Shown here: positions 32,801-47,800 of the stretch, in pieces
Position numbering within the stretch: the stretch's first letter is position 1
Layout of the letters: every line of letters starts with the position of its first letter
Assembly (NCBI GenBank): GCA_964016885.1
Contig: OZ024760.1
Span: 33,542,001-33,606,000, forward strand
Source of the DNA: Eledone cirrhosa
Lineage: Eukaryota
Direction of reading: 5' to 3'
Length of the DNA stretch: 64,000 nt
Translations under genes and position numbers: made by a program
The notes under the pieces: model-generated
The model's database searches: none
What the model was told of the DNA's origin: nothing
Seen by the model: the letters and a program-made list of their open reading frames with translations, nothing else

Positions 32801-35800
32801 GGGTGTAGATATTGGCAATAAATAGATCTGGTGTGTTGTAGGGGCGTAGATCTTGGCAATAAATAGATCTGGTGTGTTGTATGGGTGTAGATGTTGGCAA
32901 TAAATAGATCTGGTGTGTTGTAGGGGTGTAGATGTTGGCAATAAATAGATCTGGTGTGTCGTAGGGGTGTAGATGTTGGCAATAAATACATCTGGTGTGT
33001 TGTAGGGTGTAGATGTTGGCAATAAATAGATCTGGTGTGTTGTATGAGTGTAGATGTTGGCAATAAATAGATCTGGTGTGTTGTATGGGTGTAGATGTTG
33101 GCAATAAATAGATCTGGTGTGTTGTATGGGTGTAGATATTGGCAATAAATAGATCTGGTGTGTTGTATGGGTGTAGATGTTGGCAATAAATAGATCTGGT
33201 GTGTTGTAGGGGTGTAGATGTTGGCAATAAATAGATCTGGTGTGTTGTAGGGGTGTAGATGTTGGCAATAAATACATCTGGTGTGTCGTATGGGTGTAGA
33301 TGTTGGCAATAAATACATCTGGTGTGTCGTATGGGTGTAGATGTTGGCAATAAATAGATCTGGTGTGTTGTAGGGGTGTAGATGTTGGCAATAAATAGAT
33401 CTGGTGTGTTGTATGGGTGTAGATGTTGGCAATAAATACATCTGGTGTGTCGTATGGGTGTAGATGTTGGCAATAAATAGATCTGGTGTGTTGTATGGGT
33501 GTAGATGTTGGCAATAAATAGATCTGGTTTGTTGTATGGGTGTAAATGTTGGCAATAAATAGATCTGGTGTGTTGTATGGGTGTAGATGTTGGCAATAAA
33601 TACATCTGGTTTGTTGTATGGGTGTAGATGTTGGCAATAAATAGATCTGGTGTGTTGTATGGGTGTAGATGTTGGCAATAAATACATCTGGTGTGTCGTA
33701 TGGGTGTAGATGTTGGCAATAAATAGATCTAGTGTGTTGTAGGGGTGTAGATGTTGGCAATAAATACATCTGGTGTGTCGTATGAGTGTAAATGTTGGCA
33801 ATCAATAGATCTGGTGTGTTGTAGGGTGTAGATGTTGGCAATAAATAGATCTGATGTATCGTATGGGTGTAGATGTTGGCAATAAATACATCTGATGTGT
33901 TGTATGGGGTAGATGTTGGCAATAAATACATCTGATGTGTCGTGTGGGTGTAGATGTTGGCAATAAATAGATCTGATGTGTTGTAGGGGTGTAGATGTTG
34001 GCAATAAATACGTCTGGTGTCATATGGGTGTAGATGTTGGCAATAAATAAATCTGGTTTGTTGTATGGGTGTAAATGTTGGCAATAAATAGATCTGGTGT
34101 GTTGTATGGGTGTAGATGTTGGCAATAAATAGATCTGGTATGTTGTATGGGTGTAGATGTTGGCAATAAATACATCTGGTGTGTCGTATGGGTGTAGATG
34201 TTGGCAATAAATACACCTGGTGTGTCGTATGGGTGTAGATGTTGGCAATAAATAGATCTGGTATGTTGTATGGGTGTAAATGTTGGCAATAAATAGATCT
34301 GGTGTGTTGTAGGGTGTAGATGTTGGCAATAAATAGATCTGGTGTGTTGTATGGGTGTAGATGTTGGCAATAAATAGATCTGGTGTGTTGTATGGGTGTA
34401 GATGTTGGCAATAAATAGATCTGGTGTGTTGTAGGGTGTAGATGTTGGCAATAAATAGATCTGGTGTGTTGTATGGGTGTAAATGTTGGCAATAAATAGA
34501 TCTGGTGTGTTGTAGGGTGTAGATGTTGGCAATAAATAGATCTGGTGTGTTGTATGGGTGTAAATGTTGGCAATAAATAGATCTGGTGTGTTGTAGGGTG
34601 TAGATGTTGGCAATAAATAGATCTGGTGTGTTGTATGGGTGTAGATGTTGGCAATAAATACATCTGGTGTGTCGTATGGGTGTAGATATTGGCAATAAAT
34701 AGATCTAGTATGTTGTATGGGTGTAAATGTTGGCAATAAATAGATCTGGTGTGTTGTAGGGTGTAGATGTTGGCAATAAATAGATCTGGTGTGTTGTATG
34801 GGTGTAGATGTTGGCAATAAATAGATCTGGTGTGTTGTATGGGTGTAGATGTTGGCAATAAATAGATCTGGTGTGTTGTATGGGTGTAAATGTTGGCAAT
34901 AAATAGATCTGGTGTGTTGTAGGGTGTAGATGTTGGCTATAAATAGATCTGGTGTGTTGTAGGGGTGTAGATGTTGGCAATAAATAGATCTGGTGTGTTG
35001 TATGGGTGTAGATATTGGCAATAAATAGATCTGGTGTGTTGTAGGGGCGTAGATCTTGGCAATAAATAGATCTGGTGTGTTGTATGGGTGTAGATGTTGG
35101 CAATAAATAGATCTGGTGTGTTGTAGGGGTGTAGATGTTGGCAATAAATAGATCTGGTGTGTTGTAGGGGTGTAGATGTTGGCAATAAATAGATCTGGTG
35201 TGTCGTAGGGGTGTAGATGTTGGCAATAAATACATCTGGTGTGTTTGAGGGTGTAGATGTTGGCAATAAATAGATCTGGTGTGTTGTATGGGTGTAGATG
35301 TTGGCAATAAATAGATCTGGTGTGTTGTATGGGTGTAGATGTTGGCAATAAATAGATCTGGTGTGTTGTATGGGTGTAGATGTTGGCAATAAATACATCT
35401 GGTGTGTCGTATGGGTGTAGATGTTGGCAATAAATACATCTGGTGTGTCGTATGGGTGTAGATGTTGGCAATAAATAGATCTGGTGTGTTGTAGGGGTGT
35501 AGATGTTGGCAATAAATAGATCTGGTGTGTTGTATGGGTGTAGATGTTGGCAATAAATACATCTGGTGTGTCGTATGGGTGTAGATGTTGGCAATAAATA
35601 GATCTGGTGTGTTGTATGGGTGTAGATGTTGGCAATAAATAGATCTGGTTTGTTGTATGGGTGTAAATGTTGGCAATAAATAGATCTGGTGTGTTGTATG
35701 GGTGTAGATGTTGGCAATAAATACATCTGGTGTGTTGTATGGGTGTAGATGTTGGCAATAAATACATCTGGTGTGCCGTATGGGTGTAAATGTTGGCAAT

Positions 35801-38800
35801 AAATACATCTGGTGTGTTGTATGGGTGTAGATGTTGGCAATAAATACATCTGGTGTGTTGTATGGGTGTAGATGTTGGCAATAAATAGATCTGGTGTGTT
35901 GTAGGGTGTAGATGTTGGCAATAAATAGATCTGGTGTGTTGTATGGGTGTAGATGTTGGCAATAAATAGATCTGGTGTGTTGTATGGGTGTAGATGTTGG
36001 CAATAAATAGATCTGGTGTGTTGTAGGGTGTAGATGTTGGCAATAATTAGATCTGGTGTGTTGTATGGGTGTAAATGTTGGCAATAAATAGATCTGGTGT
36101 GTTGTAGGGTGTAGATGTTGGCAATAAATAGATCTGGTGTGTTGTATGGGTGTAAATGTTGGCAATAAATAGATCTGGTGTGTTGTAGGGTGTAGATGTT
36201 GGCAATAAATAGATCTGGTGTGTTGTATGGGTGTAAATGTTGGCAATAAATAGATCTGGTGTGTTGTAGGGTGTAGATGTTGGCTATAAATAGATCTGGT
36301 GTGTTGTAGGGGTGTAGATGTTGGCAATAAATAGATCTGGTGTGTTGTATGGGTGTAGATATTGGCAATAAATAGATCTGGTGTGTTGTAGGGGCGCAGA
36401 TCTTGGCAATAAATAGATCTGGTGTGTTGTATGGGTGTAGATGTTGGCAATAAATAGATCTGGTGTGTTGTAGGGGTGTAGATGTTGGCAATAAATAGAT
36501 CTGGTGTGTTGTAGGGGTGTAGATGTTGGCAATAAATAGATCTGGTGTGTCGTAGGGGTGTAGATGTTGGCAATAAATACATCTGGTGTGTTGTAGGGTG
36601 TAGATGTTGGCAATAAATAGATCTGGTGTGTTGTATGGGTGTAGATGTTGGCAATAAATAGATCTGGTGTGTTGTATGGGTGTAGATGTTGGCAATAAAT
36701 AGATCTGGTGTGTTGTATGGGTGTAGATATTGGCAATAAATAGATCTGGTGTGTTGTATGGGTGTAGATGTTGGCAATAAATAGATCTGGTGTGTTGTAG
36801 GGGTGTAGATGTTGGCAATAAATAGATCTGGTGTGTTGTAGGGGTGTAGATGTTGGCAATAAATACATCTGGTGTGTCGTATGGGTGTAGATGTTGGCAA
36901 TAAATACATCTGGTGTGTCGTATGGGTGTAGATGTTGGCAATAAATAGATCTGGTGTGTTGTAGGGGTGTAGATGTTGGCAATAAATAGATCTGGTGTGT
37001 TGTATGGGTGTAGATGTTGGCAATAAATACATCTGGTGTGTCGTATGGGTGTAGATGTTGGCAATAAATAGATCTGGTGTGTTGTATGGGTGTAGATGTT
37101 GGCAATAAATAGATCTGGTTTGTTGTATGGGTGTAAATGTTGGCAATAAATAGATCTGGTGTGTTGTATGGGTGTAGATGTTGGCAATAAATACATCTGG
37201 TGTGTTGTATGGGTGTAAATGTCGGCAATAAATAGATCTGGTGTGTTGTAGGGTGTAGATGTTGGCAATAAATAGATCTGGTGTGTTGTATGGGTGTAAA
37301 TGTTGGCAATAAATAGATCTGGTGTGTTGTATGGGTGTAGATGTTGGCAATAAATACATCTGGTTTGTTGTATGGGTGTAGATGTTGGCAATAAATAGAT
37401 CTGGTGTGTTGTATGGGTGTAGATGTTGGCAATAAATACATCTGGTGTGTCGTATGGGTGTAGATGTTGGCAATAAATAGATCTAGTGTGTTGTAGGGGT
37501 GTAGATGTTGGCAATAAATACATCTGGTGTGTCGTATGAGTGTAAATGTTGGCAATCAATAGATCTGGTGTGTTGTAGGGTGTAGATGTTGGCAATAAAT
37601 AGATCTGATGTATCGTATGGGTGTAGATGTTGGCAATAAATACATCTGATGTGTTGTATGGGGTAGATGTTGGCAATAAATACATCTGATGTGTCGTGTG
37701 GGTGTAGATGTTGGCAATAAATAGATCTGATGTGTTGTAGGGGTGTAGATGTTGGCAATAAATACGTCTGGTGTCATATGGGTGTAGATGTTGGCAATAA
37801 ATACATCTAGTGTGTCGTATGGGTGTAGATGTTGGCAATAAATAGATCTGGTTTGTTGTATGGGTGTAAATGTTGGCAATAAATAGATCTGGTGTGTTGT
37901 AGGGTGTAGATGTTGGCAATAAATACATCTGGTGTGTCGTATGGGTGTAGATGTTGACAATAAATACATCTGGTGTGTCGTATGGGTGTAGATGTTGGCA
38001 ATAAATAAATCTGGTTTGTTGTATGGGTGTAAATGTTGGCAATAAATAGATCTGGTGTGTTGTATGGGTGTAGATGTTGGCAATAAATAGATCTGGTATG
38101 TTGTATGGGTGTAGATGTTGGCAATAAATACATCTGGTGTGTCGTATGGGTGTAGATGTTGGCAATAAATACATCTGGTGTGTCGTATGGGTGTAGATGT
38201 TGGCAATAAATAGATCTGGTATGTTGTATGGGTGTAAATGTTGGCAATAAATAGATCTGGTGTGTTGTAGGGTGTAGATGTTGGCAATAAATAGATCTGG
38301 TGTGTTGTATGGGTGTAGATGTTGGCAATAAATAGATCTGGTGTGTTGTATGGGTGTAGATGTTGGCAATAAATAGATCTGGTGTGTTGTAGGGTGTAGA
38401 TGTTGGCAATAAATAGATCTGGTGTGTTGTATGGGTGTAAATGTTGGCAATAAATAGATCTGGTGTGTTGTAGGGTGTAGATGTTGGCAATAAATAGATC
38501 TGGTGTGTTGTATGGGTGTAAATGTTGGCAATAAATAGATCTGGTGTGTTGTAGGGTGTAGATGTTGGCAATAAATAGATCTGGTGTGTTGTATGGGTGT
38601 AGATGTTGGCAATAAATACATCTGGTGTGTCGTATGGGTGTAGATGTTGGCAATAAATAGATCTAGTATGTTGTATGGGTGTAAATGTTGGCAATAAATA
38701 GATCTGGTGTGTTGTAGGGTGTAGATGTTGGCAATAAATAGATCTGGTGTGTTGTATGGGTGTAGATGTTGGCAATAAATAGATCTGGTGTGTTGTATGG

Positions 38801-41800
38801 GTGTAGATGTTGGCAATATATAGATCTGGTGTGTTGTAGGGTGTAGATGTTGGCAATAAATAGATCTGGTGTGTTGTATGGGTGTAAATGTTGGCAATAA
38901 ATAGATCTGGTGTGTTGTAGGGTGTAGATGTTGGCAATAAATAGATCTGGTGTGTTGTATGGGTGTAAATGTTGGCAATAAATAGATCTGGTGTGTTGTA
39001 GGGTGTAGATGTTGGCTATAAATAGATCTGGTGTGTTGTAGGGGTGTAGATGTTGGCAATAAATAGATCTGGTGTGCTGTATGGGTGTAGATATTGGCAA
39101 TAAATAGATCTGGTGTGTTGTAGGGGCGTAGATCTTGGCAATAAATAGATCTGGTGTGTTGTATGGGTGTAGATGTTGGCAATAAATAGATCTGGTGTGT
39201 TGTAGGGGTGTAGATGTTGGCAATAAATAGATCTGGTGTGTTGTAGGGGTGTAGATGTTGGCAATAAATAGATCTGGTGTGTCGTAGGGGTGTAGATGTT
39301 GGCAATAAATACATCTGGTGTGTTGGAGGGTGTAGATGTTGGCAATAAATAGATCTGGTGTGTTGTATGGGTGTAGATGTTGGCAATAAATAGATCTGGT
39401 GTGTTGTATGGGTGTAGATGTTGGCAATAAATAGATCTGGTGTGTTGTATGGGTGTAGATGTTGGCAATAAATACATCTGGTGTGTCGTATGGGTGTAGA
39501 TGTTGGCAATAAATACATCTGGTGTGTCGTATGGGTGTAGATGTTGGCAATAAATAGATCTGGTGTGTTGTAGGGGTGTAGATGTTGGCAATAAATAGAT
39601 CTGGTGTGTTGTATGGGTGTAGATGTTGGCAATAAATACATCTGGTGTGTCGTATGGGTGTAGATGTTGGCAATAAATAGATCTGGTGTGTTGTATGGGT
39701 GTAGATGTTGGCAATAAATAGATCTGGTTTGTTGTATGGGTGTAAATGTTGGCAATAAATAGATCTGGTGTGTTGTATGGGTGTAGATGTTGGCAATAAA
39801 TACATCTGGTGTGTTGTATGGGTGTAGATGTTGGCAATAAATACATCTGGTGTGCCGTATGGGTGTAAATGTTGGCAATAAATACATCTGGTGTGTTGTA
39901 TGGGTGTAGATGTTGGCAATAAATACATCTGGTGTGTTGTATGGGTGTAGATGTTGGCAATAAATAGATCTGGTGTGTTGTAGGGTGTAGATGTTGGCAA
40001 TAAATAGATCTGGTGTGTTGTATGGGTGTAGATGTTGGCAATAAATAGATCTGGTGTGTTGTATGGGTGTAGATGTTGGCAATAAATAGATCTGGTGTGT
40101 TGTAGGGTGTAGATGTTGGCAATAATTAGATCTGGTGTGTTGTATGGGTGTAAATGTTGGCAATAAATAGATCTGGTGTGTTGTAGGGTGTAGATGTTGG
40201 CAATAAATAGATCTGGTGTGTTGTATGGGTGTAAATGTTGGCAATAAATAGATCTGGTGTGTTGTAGGGTGTAGATGTTGGCAATAAATAGATCTGGTGT
40301 GTTGTATGGGTGTAAATGTTGGCAATAAATAGATCTGGTGTGTTGTAGGGTGTAGATGTTGGCTATAAATAGATCTGGTGTGTTGTAGGGGTGTAGATGT
40401 TGGCAATAAATAGATCTGGTGTGTTGTATGGGTGTAGATATTGGCAATAAATAGATCTGGTGTGTTGTAGGGGCGCAGATCTTGGCAATAAATAGATCTG
40501 GTGTGTTGTATGGGTGTAGATGTTGGCAATAAATAGATCTGGTGTGTTGTAGGGGTGTAGATGTTGGCAATAAATAGATCTGGTGTGTTGTAGGGGTGTA
40601 GATGTTGGCAATAAATAGATCTGGTGTGTCGTAGGGGTGTAGATGTTGGCAATAAATACATCTGGTGTGTTGTAGGGTGTAGATGTTGGCAATAAATAGA
40701 TCTGGTGTGTTGTATGGGTGTAGATGTTGGCAATAAATAGATCTGGTGTGTTGTATGGGTGTAGATGTTGGCAATAAATAGATCTGGTGTGTTGTATGGG
40801 TGTAGATATTGGCAATAAATAGATCTGGTGTGTTGTATGGGTGTAGATGTTGGCAATAAATAGATCTGGTGTGTTGTAGGGGTGTAGATGTTGGCAATAA
40901 ATAGATCTGGTGTGTTGTAGGGGTGTAGATGTTGGCAATAAATACATCTGGTGTGTCGTATGTGTGTAGATGTTGGCAATAAATACATCTGGTGTGTCGT
41001 ATGGGTGTAGATGTTGGCAATAAATAGATCTGGTGTGTTGTAGGGGTGTAGATGTTGGCAATAAATAGATCTGGTGTGTTGTATGGGTGTAGATGTTGGC
41101 AATAAATACATCTGGTGTGTCGTATGGGTGTAGATGTTGGCAATAAATAGATCTGGTGTGTTGTATGGGTGTAGATGTTGGCAATAAATAGATCTGGTTT
41201 GTTGTATGGGTGTAAATGTTGGCAATAAATAGATCTGGTGTGTTGTATGGGTGTAGATGTTGGCAATAAATACATCTGGTGTGTTGTATGGGTGTAAATG
41301 TCGGCAATAAATAGATCTGGTGTGTTGTAGGGTGTAGATGTTGGCAATAAATAGATCTGGTGTGTTGTATGGGTGTAAATGTTGGCAATAAATAGATCTG
41401 GTGTGTTGTATGGGTGTAGATGTTGGCAATAAATACATCTGGTTTGTTGTATGGGTGTAGATGTTGGCAATAAATAGATCTGGTGTGTTGTATGGGTGTA
41501 GATGTTGGCAATAAATACATCTGGTGTGTCGTATGGGTGTAGATGTTGGCAATAAATAGATCTAGTGTGTTGTAGGGGTGTAGATGTTGGCAATAAATAC
41601 ATCTGGTGTGTCGTATGAGTGTAAATGTTGGCAATCAATAGATCTGGTGTGTTGTAGGGTGTAGATGTTGGCAATAAATAGATCTGATGTATCGTATGGG
41701 TGTAGATGTTGGCAATAAATACATCTGATGTGTTGTATGGGGTAGATGTTGGCAATAAATACATCTGATGTGTCGTGTGGGTGTAGATGTTGGCAATAAA

Positions 41801-44800
41801 TAGATCTGATGTGTTGTAGGGGTGTAGATGTTGGCAATAAATACGTCTGGTGTCATATGGGTGTAGATGTTGGCAATAAATACATCTAGTGTGTCGTATG
41901 GGTGTAGATGTTGGCAATAAATAGATCTGGTTTGTTGTATGGGTGTAAATGTTGGCAATAAATAGATCTGGTGTGTTGTAGGGTGTAGATGTTGGCAATA
42001 AATACATCTGGTGTGTCGTATGGGTGTAGATGTTGACAATAAATACATCTGGTGTGTCGTATGGGTGTAGATGTTGGCAATAAATAAATCTGGTTTGTTG
42101 TATGGGTGTAAATGTTGGCAATAAATAGATCTGGTGTGTTGTATGGGTGTAGATGTTGGCAATAAATAGATCTGGTATGTTGTATGGGTGTAGATGTTGG
42201 CAATAAATACATCTGGTGTGTCGTATGGGTGTAGATGTTGGCAATAAATACATCTGGTGTGTCGTATGGGTGTAGATGTTGGCAATAAATAGATCTGGTA
42301 TGTTGTATGGGTGTAAATGTTGGCAATAAATAGATCTGGTGTGTTGTAGGGTGTAGATGTTGGCAATAAATAGATCTGGTGTGTTGTATGGGTGTAAATG
42401 TTGGCAATAAATAGATCTGGTGTGTTGTAGGGTGTAGATGTTGGCAATAAATAGATCTGGTGTGTTGTATGGGTGTAAATGTTGGCAATAAATAGATCTT
42501 GTGTGTTGTAGGGTGTAGATGTTGGCAATAAATAGATCTGGTGTGTTGTATGGGTGTAGATGTTGGCAATAAATACATCTGGTGTGTCGTATGGGTGTAG
42601 ATGTTGGCAATAAATAGATCTAGTATGTTGTATGGGTGTAAATGTTGGCAATAAATAGATCTGGTGTGTTGTAGGGTGTAGATGTTGGCAATAAATAGAT
42701 CTGGTGTGTTGTATGGGTGTAGATGTTGGCAATAAATAGATCTGGTGTGTTGTATGGGTGTAGATGTTGGCAATAAATAGATCTGGTGTGTTGTAGGGTG
42801 TAGATGTTGGCAATAAATAGATCTGGTGTGTTGTATGGGTGTAAATGTTGGCAATAAATAGATCTGGTGTGTTGTAGGGTGTAGATGTTGGCAATAAATA
42901 GATCTGGTGTGTTGTATGGGTGTAAATGTTGGCAATAAATAGATCTGGTGTGTTGTAGGGTGTAGATGTTGGCTATAAATAGATCTGGTGTGTTGTAGGG
43001 GTGTAGATGTTGGCAATAAATAGATCTGGTGTGTTGTATGGGTGTAGATATTGGCAATAAATAGATCTGGTGTGTTGTAGGGGCGTAGATCTTGGCAATA
43101 AATAGATCTGGTGTGTTGTATGGGTGTAGATGTTGGCAATAAATAGATCTGGTGTGTTGTAGGGGTGTAGATGTTGGCAATAAATAGATCTGGTGTGTCG
43201 TAGGGGTGTAGATGTTGGCAATAAATACATCTGGTGTGTTGTAGGGTGTAGATGTTGGCAATAAATAGATCTGGTGTGTTGTATGGGTGTAGATGTTGGC
43301 AATAAATAGATCTGGTGTGTTGTATGGGTGTAGATGTTGGCAATAAATAGATCTGGTGTGTTGTATGGGTGTAGATATTGGCAATAAATAGATCTGGTGT
43401 GTTGTATGGGTGTAGATGTTGGCAATAAATAGATCTGGTGTGTTGTAGGGGTGTAGATGTTGGCAATAAATAGATCTGGTGTGTTGTAGGGGTGTAGATG
43501 TTGGCAATAAATACATCTGGTGTGTCGTATGGGTGTAGATGTTGGCAATAAATACATCTGGTGTGTCGTATGGGTGTAGATGTTGGCAATAAATAGATCT
43601 GGTGTGTTGTAGGGGTGTAGATGTTGGCAATAAATAGATCTGGTGTGTTGTATGGGTGTAGATGTTGGCAATAAATACATCTGGTGTGTCGTATGGGTGT
43701 AGATGTTGGCAATAAATAGATCTGGTGTGTTGTATGGGTGTAGATGTTGGCAATAAATAGATCTGGTTTGTTGTATGGGTGTAAATGTTGGCAATAAATA
43801 GATCTGGTGTGTTGTATGGGTGTAGATGTTGGCAATAAATACATCTGGTGTGTTGTATGGGTGTAAATGTCGGCAATAAATAGATCTGGTGTGTTGTAGG
43901 GTGTAGATGTTGGCAATAAATAGATCTGGTGTGTTGTATGGGTGTAAATGTTGGCAATAAATAGATCTGGTGTGTTGTATGGGTGTAGATGTTGGCAATA
44001 AATACATCTGGTTTGTTGTATGGGTGTAGATGTTGGCAATAAATAGATCTGGTGTGTTGTATGGGTGTAGATGTTGGCAATAAATACATCTGGTGTGTCG
44101 TATGGGTGTAGATGTTGGCAATAAATAGATCTAGTGTGTTGTAGGGGTGTAGATGTTGGCAATAAATACATCTGGTGTGTCGTATGAGTGTAAATGTTGG
44201 CAATCAATAGATCTGGTGTGTTGTAGGGTGTAGATGTTGGCAATAAATAGATCTGATGTATCGTATGGGTGTAGATGTTGGCAATAAATACATCTGATGT
44301 GTTGTATGGGGTAGATGTTGGCAATAAATACATCTGATGTGTCGTGTGGGTGGAGATGTTGGCAATAAATAGATCTGATGTGTTGTAGGGGTGTAGATGT
44401 TGGCAATAAATACGTCTGGTGTCATATGGGTGTAGATGTTGGCAATAAATACATCTAGTGTGTCGTATGGGTGTAGATGTTGGCAATAAATAGATCTGGT
44501 TTGTTGTATGGGTGTAAATGTTGGCAATAAATAGATCTGGTGTGTTGTAGGGTGTAGATGTTGGCTATAAATAGATCTGGTGTGTTGTAGGGGTGTAGAT
44601 GTTGGCAATAAATAGATCTGGTGTGTTGTATGGGTGTAGATATTGGCAATAAATAGATCTGGTGTGTTGTAGGGGCGTAGATCTTGGCAATAAATAGATC
44701 TGGTGTGTTGTATGGGTGTAGATGTTGGCAATAAATAGATCTGGTGTGTTGTAGGGGTGTAGATGTTGGCAATAAATAGATCTGGTGTGTCGTAGGGGTG

Positions 44801-47800
44801 TAGATGTTGGCAATAAATACATCTGGTGTGTTGTAGGGTGTAGATGTTGGCAATAAATAGATCTGGTGTGTTGTATGGGTGTAGATGTTGGCAATAAATA
44901 GATCTGGTGTGTTGTATGGGTGTAGATGTTGGCAATAAATAGATCTGGTGTGTTGTATGGGTGTAGATATTGGCAATAAATAGATCTGGTGTGTTGTATG
45001 GGTGTAGATGTTGGCAATAAATAGATCTGGTGTGTTGTAGGGGTGTAGATGTTGGCAATAAATAGATCTGGTGTGTTGTAGGGGTGTAGATGTTGGCAAT
45101 AAATACATCTGGTGTGTCGTATGGGTGTAGATGTTGGCAATAAATACATCTGGTGTGTCGTATGGGTGTAGATGTTGGCAATAAATAGATCTGGTGTGTT
45201 GTAGGGGTGTAGATGTTGGCAATAAATAGATCTGGTGTGTTGTATGGGTGTAGATGTTGGCAATAAATACATCTGGTGTGTCGTATGGGTGTAGATGTTG
45301 GCAATAAATAGATCTGGTGTGTTGTATGGGTGTAGATGTTGGCAATAAATAGATCTGGTTTGTTGTATGGGTGTAAATGTTGGCAATAAATAGATCTGGT
45401 GTGTTGTATGGGTGTAGATGTTGGCAATAAATACATCTGGTTTGTTGTATGGGTGTAGATGTTGGCAATAAATAGATCTGGTGTGTTGTATGGGTGTAGA
45501 TGTTGGCAATAAATACATCTGGTGTGTCGTATGGGTGTAGATGTTGGCAATAAATAGATCTAGTGTGTTGTAGGGGTGTAGATGTTGGCAATAAATACAT
45601 CTGGTGTGTCGTATGAGTGTAAATGTTGGCAATCAATAGATCTGGTGTGTTGTAGGGTGTAGATGTTGGCAATAAATAGATCTGATGTATCGTATGGGTG
45701 TAGATGTTGGCAATAAATACATCTGATGTGTTGTATGGGGTAGATGTTGGCAATAAATACATCTGATGTGTCGTGTGGGTGTAGATGTTGGCAATAAATA
45801 GATCTGATGTGTTGTAGGGGTGTAGATGTTGGCAATAAATACGTCTGGTGTCATATGGGTGTAGATGTTGGCAATAAATAAATCTGGTTTGTTGTATGGG
45901 TGTAAATGTTGGCAATAAATAGATCTGGTGTGTTGTATGGGTGTAGATGTTGGCAATAAATAGATCTGGTATGTTGTATGGGTGTAGATGTTGGCAATAA
46001 ATACATCTGGTGTGTCGTATGGGTGTAGATGTTGGCAATAAATACACCTGGTGTGTCGTATGGGTGTAGATGTTGGCAATAAATAGATCTGGTATGTTGT
46101 ATGGGTGTAAATGTTGGCAATAAATAGATCTGGTGTGTTGTAGGGTGTAGATGTTGGCAATAAATAGATCTGGTGTGTTGTATGGGTGTAGATGTTGGCA
46201 ATAAATAGATCTGGTGTGTTGTATGGGTGTAGATGTTGGCAATAAATAGATCTGGTGTGTTGTAGGGTGTAGATGTTGGCAATAAATAGATCTGGTGTGT
46301 TGTATGGGTGTAAATGTTGGCAATAAATAGATCTGGTGTGTTGTAGGGTGTAGATGTTGGCAATAAATAGATCTGGTGTGTTGTATGGGTGTAAATGTTG
46401 GCAATAAATAGATCTGGTGTGTTGTAGGGTGTAGATGTTGGCAATAAATAGATCTGGTGTGTTGTATGGGTGTAGATGTTGGCAATAAATACATCTGGTG
46501 TGTCGTATGGGTGTAGATATTGGCAATAAATAGATCTAGTATGTTGTATGGGTGTAAATGTTGGCAATAAATAGATCTGGTGTGTTGTAGGGTGTAGATG
46601 TTGGCTATAAATAGATCTGGTGTGTTGTAGGGGTGTAGATGTTGGCAATAAATAGATCTGGTGTGTTGTATGGGTGTAGATATTGGCAATAAATAGATCT
46701 GGTGTGTTGTAGGGGCGCAGATCTTGGCAATAAATAGATCTGGTGTGTTGTATGGGTGTAGATGTTGGCAATAAATAGATCTGGTGTGTTGTAGGGGTGT
46801 AGATGTTGGCAATAAATAGATCTGGTGTGTTGTAGGGGTGTAGATGTTGGCAATAAATAGATCTGGTGTGTCGTAGGGGTGTAGATGTTGGCAATAAATA
46901 CATCTGGTGTGTTGTAGGGTGTAGATGTTGGCAATAAATAGATCTGGTGTGTTGTATGGGTGTAGATGTTGGCAATAAATAGATCTGGTGTGTTGTATGG
47001 GTGTAGATGTTGGCAATAAATAGATCTGGTGTGTTGTATGGGTGTAGATATTGGCAATAAATAGATCTGGTGTGTTGTATGGGTGTAGATGTTGGCAATA
47101 AATAGATCTGGTGTGTTGTAGGGGTGTAGATGTTGGCAATAAATAGATCTGGTGTGTTGTAGGGGTGTAGATGTTGGCAATAAATAGATCTGGTGTGTCG
47201 TAGGGGTGTAGATGTTGGCAATAAATACATCTGGTGTGTTGTAGGGTGTAGATGTTGGCAATAAATAGATCTGGTGTGTTGTATGGGTGTAGATGTTGGC
47301 AATAAATAGATCTGGTGTGTTGTATGGGTGTAGATGTTGGCAATAAATAGATCTGGTGTGTTGTATGGGTGTAGATATTGGCAATAAATAGATCTGGTGT
47401 GTTGTATGGGTGTAGATGTTGGCAATAAATAGATCTGGTGTGTTGTAGGGGTGTAGATGTTGGCAATAAATAGATCTGGTGTGTTGTAGGGGTGTAGATG
47501 TTGGCAATAAATACATCTGGTGTGTCGTATGTGTGTAGATGTTGGCAATAAATACATCTGGTGTGTCGTATGGGTGTAGATGTTGGCAATAAATAGATCT
47601 GGTGTGTTGTAGGGGTGTAGATGTTGGCAATAAATAGATCTGGTGTGTTGTATGGGTGTAGATGTTGGCAATAAATACATCTGGTGTGTCGTATGGGTGT
47701 AGATGTTGGCAATAAATAGATCTGGTGTGTTGTATGGGTGTAGATGTTGGCAATAAATAGATCTGGTTTGTTGTATGGGTGTAAATGTTGGCAATAAATA